64,000 bases of DNA from Eledone cirrhosa. Its lineage: Eukaryota. The stretch is taken from contig OZ024741.1 in the NCBI GenBank assembly GCA_964016885.1, positions 315,642,001 through 315,706,000 on the forward strand, written 5' to 3'. The notes beneath the pieces were generated by a model, which was not told the DNA's origin, did no database searches, and saw only the letters and a list, made by a program, of their open reading frames with translations. A program made the position numbers and the translations under genes. Below are positions 57,432 to 64,000 of the stretch, one piece after another (positions within the stretch are counted from its first letter, which is position 1; every line of letters begins with the position of its first letter).

Positions 57432-57879
57432 GTGTGTGTGTGACTGCGTGTGTGTGTGTGTTCATATAGCTACTAGCAGTGGCTGCTCGACAGAAATATC
57501 CACACTCCTGCTGGAAAATCTAATCTTTAGAACAGCATGAAAGCTACAAGTATCAGTGGCAATCAAATCGCTGAAAAAGATGGCTGATCTAAAAATGAAT
57601 GAAATATCAATAATATTATTTATTATTGGACACAAGGGCCGAAAAATGAAGGACATTGCAAAAGACGAGGAAATAAAAGCGTGTAAACAAATAAAATAGA
57701 TAACAATAAACAATAACATTTACCCAATAAGGAGGAGCACCACTCTGAGGTAACTTAGGAACTTAACAGAACCTAAACCACCCTACTGTCCAAGAGCCCC
57801 TTTCCCCTCTACGTTCTCCATCCAAACTACAGGCGTCGCCACTCTAACCATTCTCGCTACATTCATTCATCTTTTAACA

Positions 57880-58130
57880 TATGTACTGGGGGAAGCACTT
57901 CCCATTCCACCTTCACATTCCTTTCCATGTGGAACTTGAAAAGATTGATGAGGGTTTCGTCGAAGAGGAAAGTGTCTGCCTTGAGACCTTTCAACCACGT
58001 CCAAAAAAACCTCTTTCGCTACAGCCGCCAGACAGAGGAATACAACCAGTCCTTTCCGGAGAGGTAATCTTCACGATGGGGTGGCTCGATAGCCAGATCA
58101 CTCCTACATGCGATAATTGCTGTGGAATTA
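57880..58130 (-). pseudogene. Possible Tx1/L1-like LINE ORF2 3' fragment
   Basis: Minus, across a frameshift: VFLCLAAVAKEV.WTWLKGLKADTFLFDETLINLFKFHMERNVKVEWEVL. Confidence 0.4.
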
Positions 58131-58179
58131 TGTCAAATAGCTGTTTTCACGTGTAAGACAGATCCGACTATCGACCGAG

Positions 58180-58360
58180 CTCCCAAACTGCTTGGCTTTT
58201 GCACAACGTTGTATGTCTGGCATCAAGCCCTTTAGAGCTGCTTCTAGGTGGGATTGAGGGTCCAATTCCGGTGTTTTGGACATGATGCCGATACACCTAT
58301 AGATCAGTGACTTTTTTGTGGCTGCCAACACCTCAAGCAGAAAATGTATGTTATACACGG
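58180..58360 (-). pseudogene. Possible hAT transposase extreme C-terminus relic
   Basis: LDPQSHLEAALKGLMPDIQRCAKAKQ resembles the hAT/Buster terminal motif L..ALS...P.I..L...KQ. Confidence 0.3.
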
Positions 58361-58529
58361 TTTTCTCTATTGTCGACTGTCCCAGCTAATCATTCTTCTC
58401 TCCTACTCAAATCTATATGGAATCATTCCACATTTTTCGCAGCCGTTGCTTCGAACGTGCTTTTGTAGATGTTGTGGTCGTTGTTGTTGCTGCTGTTACT
58501 GTTGTTGTTAATAATAATAATTCTGCGAA

Positions 58530-58712
58530 TACTTCAATTTTGGGGAGGAGAAAGTCGATTAAATCGATGCCAGTGAGTGATTGGTACTTTATTTTCTCGA
58601 TCCCGTATGGATGAAAGGCAAAGACTAACCTCGGCAGGATCAGAACGTAAAGGGCCGTAAATCTATGTCGTGAAGCAGGCTGTCTGACGCTCTACCGTTT
58701 CTATCAATTCAT
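58530..58712 (-). mobile_element. SINE family A, diverged
   Basis: TTGGTACTTTATTTT.TCGATCCCGTA.GGATGAAAGGCAAAG..AAAGGGCCGTAA..CTCTACCG. Confidence 0.75.
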
Positions 58713-59914
58713 CTAATAAAAGGAGAAATGAAGATCCGAGGCTATCGAATTGAAAATATTATCGCATTTATTTATAAATGCATCCATTATTTCATTTGCA
58801 AATATTACAATGCCAATTTTGTATAGTCGACCTGTAAAAACCTATTCGCAGATTAGCAATAGTAAGTAGTGAGAGAATGTGTGTGTGTGAAAAATAGAGG
58901 GGGGGGGGGAGAAAGAGGGGTAGTGGTAGTAGTAGTATGGCAATGTCTATCTTCAAAGATAAAGTGTTAGTTCTGTGTGTTGTGTAACAAAAGGAAACCG
59001 TCCACATAACTGTCAAATTATAAATAACAATGCTTTTCCCCTACAGAGGCACAAGGCCATACAATCTTCTTGTTCTTGAGAGTGATAATTCTAGTGGTAA
59101 GGACAAAACATTAGCAGGAACCAAAATAAAATGACTTTAATTGATATTTAAAAAAAAATATTGTTATAGAAAACTCAAAAACAAGCATGGCAAGTATAAC
59201 GGTACTATCACTACCAGTAATACTTTGGGTAAATTGTTACAGTGTCGGACAAATAACTTGCGGCATTGAGTTATGACCTTGTCTGTTCTGGGTACAAACC
59301 CCGTCGAGGTCAATTTTACCTTTCCTCTATGGTTCAGAACCTTTTCTCTCCCAAGGAATCCCTTTTACTTAAATACATTTTTCCACGACCCACCTCCTCA
59401 ATCTAGAATTATTCCATTCCCTGGTTGTTACATCGAGTGCATAACTATCGAAAATAAAATGTTTATGAATAGAGAAGAATGGCTAACTTATGTGTATTTT
59501 ATATTTTGAAAAACGTAATTGACATTTTAAATCAGTTTACAGACCTCTTTATTACCTTCAGGGACTACAAAGCTCCAGGTGATAACAGGCTGGAACCATT
59601 GAACTTTTAGTCTTATATCTCTATTCTTATATTCCTTCATTCTATTAATTTATTAACCTCTCCGCAGAGGAATTTCAGTCAGTCGTCTTTCGAATAATTC
59701 CGACTTATGTTTGAAACATTTATAAAAAAATTAATTAACTTCCATTGATTAAAATCGTAGGAGGACGGACTGTTGCTATTTTTGTTGGTCTAGAGCCCTT
59801 CTAAATCTGTAAGCTTGTTAGCCTCTGGGGGTTGCATTGACGAACATTTCACTCTGGTATTTATTTAATATTATCATAGCACGAGTTGATTTTATTAATA
59901 TTTTTCTTAATTCT

Positions 59915-60824
59915 TTCTGTAATGTTCGTCAATGCAACTCCCAGAGGCGAACTAGCTTACAGATTTAGAAGTGTTCTAGACAAACAAAAATTAAATATTA
60001 AGATTGTTGAAAGACCAGGTATTCCCATGAAAACCCTAATTCGTAAAACATATCCGTTTCAAAACATCCCCTGCGCTGATAGGAAATGCATAGTCTACAA
60101 ATTAAGCTTACATACTAATTGCAAAACTAGGAACGTAGTATAAACCGTAGCATACGATGTACCGAGGGACAGTGTAGGAATAAGAACAATATATATGTGA
60201 GAAAGGATAAATGAGCAATGGCGATAACTCCAGTAAAACTCATCAGTACGCCAGCAACATGCCAAAATCGAACATAGGAGCCCATTAGAGAACATAGATA
60301 TAAAAATGATATCCACACACATAAAAGCCGAAATGGTCTGACTAATTACAGAGGCGACAAACATAAACGAACTCAACCAAAATTGAACAGAAAACATGAG
60401 GGGAATAGCAACATCACAAATAGTAATTAAGGACAAGACGAAGACATACAGAGACACACAAAAAAACAAACTATTAAAACAAACCAGACACACACAGATA
60501 GAACAAACGACCAACTAGTGACAAGTAAATGAACACATAAATAAATAGATAAAACACATACACTCACGGATGTAACGCATCTACAAAACAAGCACACAGC
60601 ACACAACACACAAAAACAAGACGGCGTAGGACAGAACATAGGAGAGACAGAAAATAACAAACCAGTCCCTGAGGAGGTCACCGAAATGTGTGACGAAAAG
60701 AGCTTTAACAATATATAAACAACCATCCGGTTATTGAACCAACCGGAAATTTATAATAAATTGAAGTGAACACAAACAGGTGCGTGTGTTTTTATTGACA
60801 GCATGGGCCTCCCAAAGTATGACA

Positions 60825-60825
<1 letters not shown>
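59915..60825 (+). mobile_element. 5'-truncated second copy of the 52-54.7 kb PLE family (linker, GIY-YIG, pLTR)
   Basis: SVMFVNATPRGELAYRFR..KIVERPG..YPFQ..C..KC. Collinear with 53825-54740. Confidence 0.85.
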
Positions 60826-60877
<52 letters not shown>

Positions 60878-60882
<5 letters not shown>

Positions 60883-63800
60883 ACCTCTACACGGCCGAAG
60901 CCCTCAGGCAGCTCCGTAACCCCCTCTTCAACCGCCCTCTACCGTCCGATCCCACACCTCTCTACCAACAACAAATTTCCTCCACCATCCAACACCTTGT
61001 CTCCCCCCCCACCGCTTCCCACCTCATCGTCCGCAACCCCCGCACCCCCACCATCTACTTCCCCCCCAAACTTCACAAACTTGACAACCCCGGCCGCCCC
61101 ATCGTCTCCGCTTGCAACTTCCCCACCGAACTCATCTCCGCCTTTCTCGACTCCATCCTCGCCCCCCTTGTCACCACCCTCCCCTCCCACATCTCCGACA
61201 CCAACCCCGCCCTGCGCCTTTTCGACTCCTTCACCTACCCACCCGGCCCACAGCCCTTCCTCTTCACCCTAGACATCAAGTCCCTCTATACCGTCATCCC
61301 CCACGCCGACGGCCTACGCGCCCTCAAACACTACCTCGACCTTCGCCCCTCCCCATCCTCCTTCGCCTCGCCGACCTGGTCCTCACCCTCAACTGTTTCT
61401 CCTTCTCGGGTGAGTTTTATCAACAGGTCACGGGGGTAGCCATGGGTACAAGAATGGGCCCAAACTATGCCAACCTTTTTGTTGGCCATCTTGAGGCCCA
61501 AGTCTTTGCCCAGTACACCGGCCCCACGCCCGAACTGTACGGTCGTTACATCGACGACTGTATCGGAGCCACGACCCTCACCCGAGAACAGCTCGACTCC
61601 TTTCTCTCCTTCTTCTGCTCCTTCCACCCCTCCCTCCACTTCACCACCTCTATCTCCACCACCCACGTCCACTTCTTAGACATCTCCGTCGCCTTCGACC
61701 TCTCCCACCCCTCCCTCGTCACCTCCGCCTTCTTCAAACCCACCGACTCCCACTCCTACCTCGACTTCACCCCTTCCCACCCCACACACACTAAACACTC
61801 TATTCCCTACTCCCAACTCCTCAGGATCCGCCGCCTCTGTAGCCGAGATGCTGACTTTGAGTCCCAGGCCCTTTCCCTAGTCAGCCATTTCATCTGCAGA
61901 GGTTACCCCCCCCCCTCTCGTCCACACCGCTCTCACCCGCGCCCGTGCTGTCCACCGCTCCACCAGCCTCACCCCACGCCATCGCACACCCACCCACCGT
62001 CTCCCCTTCCCCATCACCTACCACCCCTCCACCATACCCCTCCACCGCACCATCCTCCGCCTCTTCCGACGCCTCCAGTCCGACGCCTCCACCTCCCACA
62101 TCTTCCCAGCCCCACCACTCCCCTCCTTCAAACGCGCACGCAATCTCTGCACCTTCCTCGTCCACAGCTCCCCCCAACCCACGCTCTCCCCCTTCCGGTT
62201 CCTTTCCCTGTTCTAGGCCCCGCTGCAACACCTGTCCCCACATCACCAACACCACCACCTTCCAGGGTCCCAACGGCCACTCTCTCTGTCCGGCATGCCT
62301 TCCGCTGCACCTCCTCCAACCTAGTCTACGGACATCGCTGCACGGAGTGCAGCGCAACTTACGTCGGACAGACTGGACGTCGCCTGGCGGACAGATTTAC
62401 TGAGCACCTCCGGGATATTCGTCTCACTGGTAGTTCCCCCATCGCCCGCCACTTTGGTGCCCCTGGACATTTCGCACACCACCTCACAGTCTGTGGCCTA
62501 CTCCAATGCCACGGAACACCCGCCACTCTCCTAAGGGTCGAACAACGAACCATCTTCACCCTACAGACCCACACTCCCCCCGGCTTGAACTCCCCACCCT
62601 TATTCCTTTAGCCTTCGACCGCCCCATCTCCCCCCACACATATCCCCCACTAACACCACTAACACACCCCTCCTTTTCACCGCTCACACCACAACTAATA
62701 ATACTAACACCTCCACCCCACATCCGACCACCCTTCCCCAACTAACATACTAACATCCCTCCCTTCTTCTCCCCCCTCCTTATCACACGCACACACCCAC
62801 CGGGACATATATACACGTGCTCACACTAAACACACACCCTACTACCACCACTAACCCTCACCCCCACACATCCGCCCCACCACCCCGCAACTAACATCAT
62901 TAACACCCCCGACCCCAAGCACACGAACACACACCCCCACTTACACCACCCACTCTACACACCCTACCACCACTGACCCCCACTCACACCCGCATTCAAC
63001 CCTTTCTCCATCTCCAGTATACTAACACCCACTAACACCCCCTTCACCACACACACACACCAGTACACTACACTCCCTCCATCGGCCCCCACACCCTTCT
63101 CTCCCCGCTCCACCCACACCCTTTCTCAAACACACACACATCCTACTAACACCTCTACTAATACACACACACACCCTCCTCACTCCAACTTTCACACCTA
63201 CCCATCCTCTCCCCTGTCCACCGTACCTCCGCACACACTGACACACCGACTTTCTTCACTTACCATTCTACCCTACTGCTGCTATGCCTCTCTGACCACC
63301 TCCCCACACACACCGACACACAACCCTCCTCCTGCCTTAACCCTCTGACCACTTCCTGTTCCGCGCGCACCCCATATCTCCCCTCTTCCGACCAATCTCT
63401 TCACGGATTACACATATGTGAACCTTGATCCCGAGAATCTACCGCATCCCAAGGATTTTACTCAGCATTCCACCACATCCTTTTACGGAATTACCTTTAC
63501 GACTCACCCCCAAACATACACCCCAAAAAATGTTTTTCCCACACGCCATCTACATCCACAACACGCATAAACACCACACACACACGTGCGTACCACCACA
63601 TATTTACACATTCAGCCTCCGGAATCCTCTCCCCCCCACCCCTCTATCCACACACGCACACACACTCCGACCTACACCCCACCCCACACACACCTCTTCC
63701 TGAACATGCAACCCCGTTCTTCCCTCAACCCTTGCTTTCACATACACACACACACACACACGTACACCTACACACACACACCACCTTCAGCCCTCCCCGC

Positions 63801-64000
63801 CCGGACACCCCTTCTCCCTCTCCCCACTCCACCCGCCACCACCCCTACACCCCCCACACCCTTCCACCACCGGTTTTACCCCATTTTAATTTTATTTTGA
63901 TCATGCCTTTATTTTTAATTTCATTAGCACCGTTTCCTCTCACTCCCTTTTTGCTCTATGTCTCTCCAGCACTCCCCTACACACCCTTTGAACTCTCTTC
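60878..64000 (+). mobile_element. C-rich Penelope-like element (Neptune-like): frameshifted RT + Zn linker + GIY-YIG (60878-62611) and a long C/A-rich 3' region running off the window
   Basis: YFPPKLHKLDNPGRPIVS, FTLDIKSLYTVIPH, GVAMGTRMGPNYANLF, RYIDD, FLDI, KPTDSHSYL, SIPYSQLLRIRRLCS, RCNTCPHI and NLVY..C..C..TYVGQTGRRLADRFTEH..GLN. Confidence 0.92.

Noticed and set aside
61112-62611. 499-aa ORF as an intact PLE protein
   Set aside because: Its start and the Pro/His-rich middle (about 61910-62280) are out of the true frame. Frameshifts cancel by chance, so the copy is a pseudogene.

Overview
AT-rich, microsatellite-dense animal DNA with no recognisable host protein-coding exon. The repeated tRNA-derived SINE resembles octopod SINE sequences as I recall them, so this is probably octopus or another cephalopod (inference, not searched). 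The window is mostly decayed mobile DNA. It holds pieces of at least three Penelope-like element (PLE) families (RT plus GIY-YIG), RTE, R4, CRE and Tx1-like LINE fragments, a Helitron helicase end, DNA-transposon relics, many SINEs, and tandem and inverted repeats. The main hidden signal is a high density of type-I hammerhead ribozyme (HHR) motifs, about 20 from many unrelated families. Five carry the compensatory U3-A8 core variant. Several sit in non-coding units of about 330-450 bp that occur as circularly permuted, tandem or inverted copies, like non-LTR retrozymes. Most ORFs in the supplied track are microsatellite artefacts. All calls were made by eye and coordinates are approximate.
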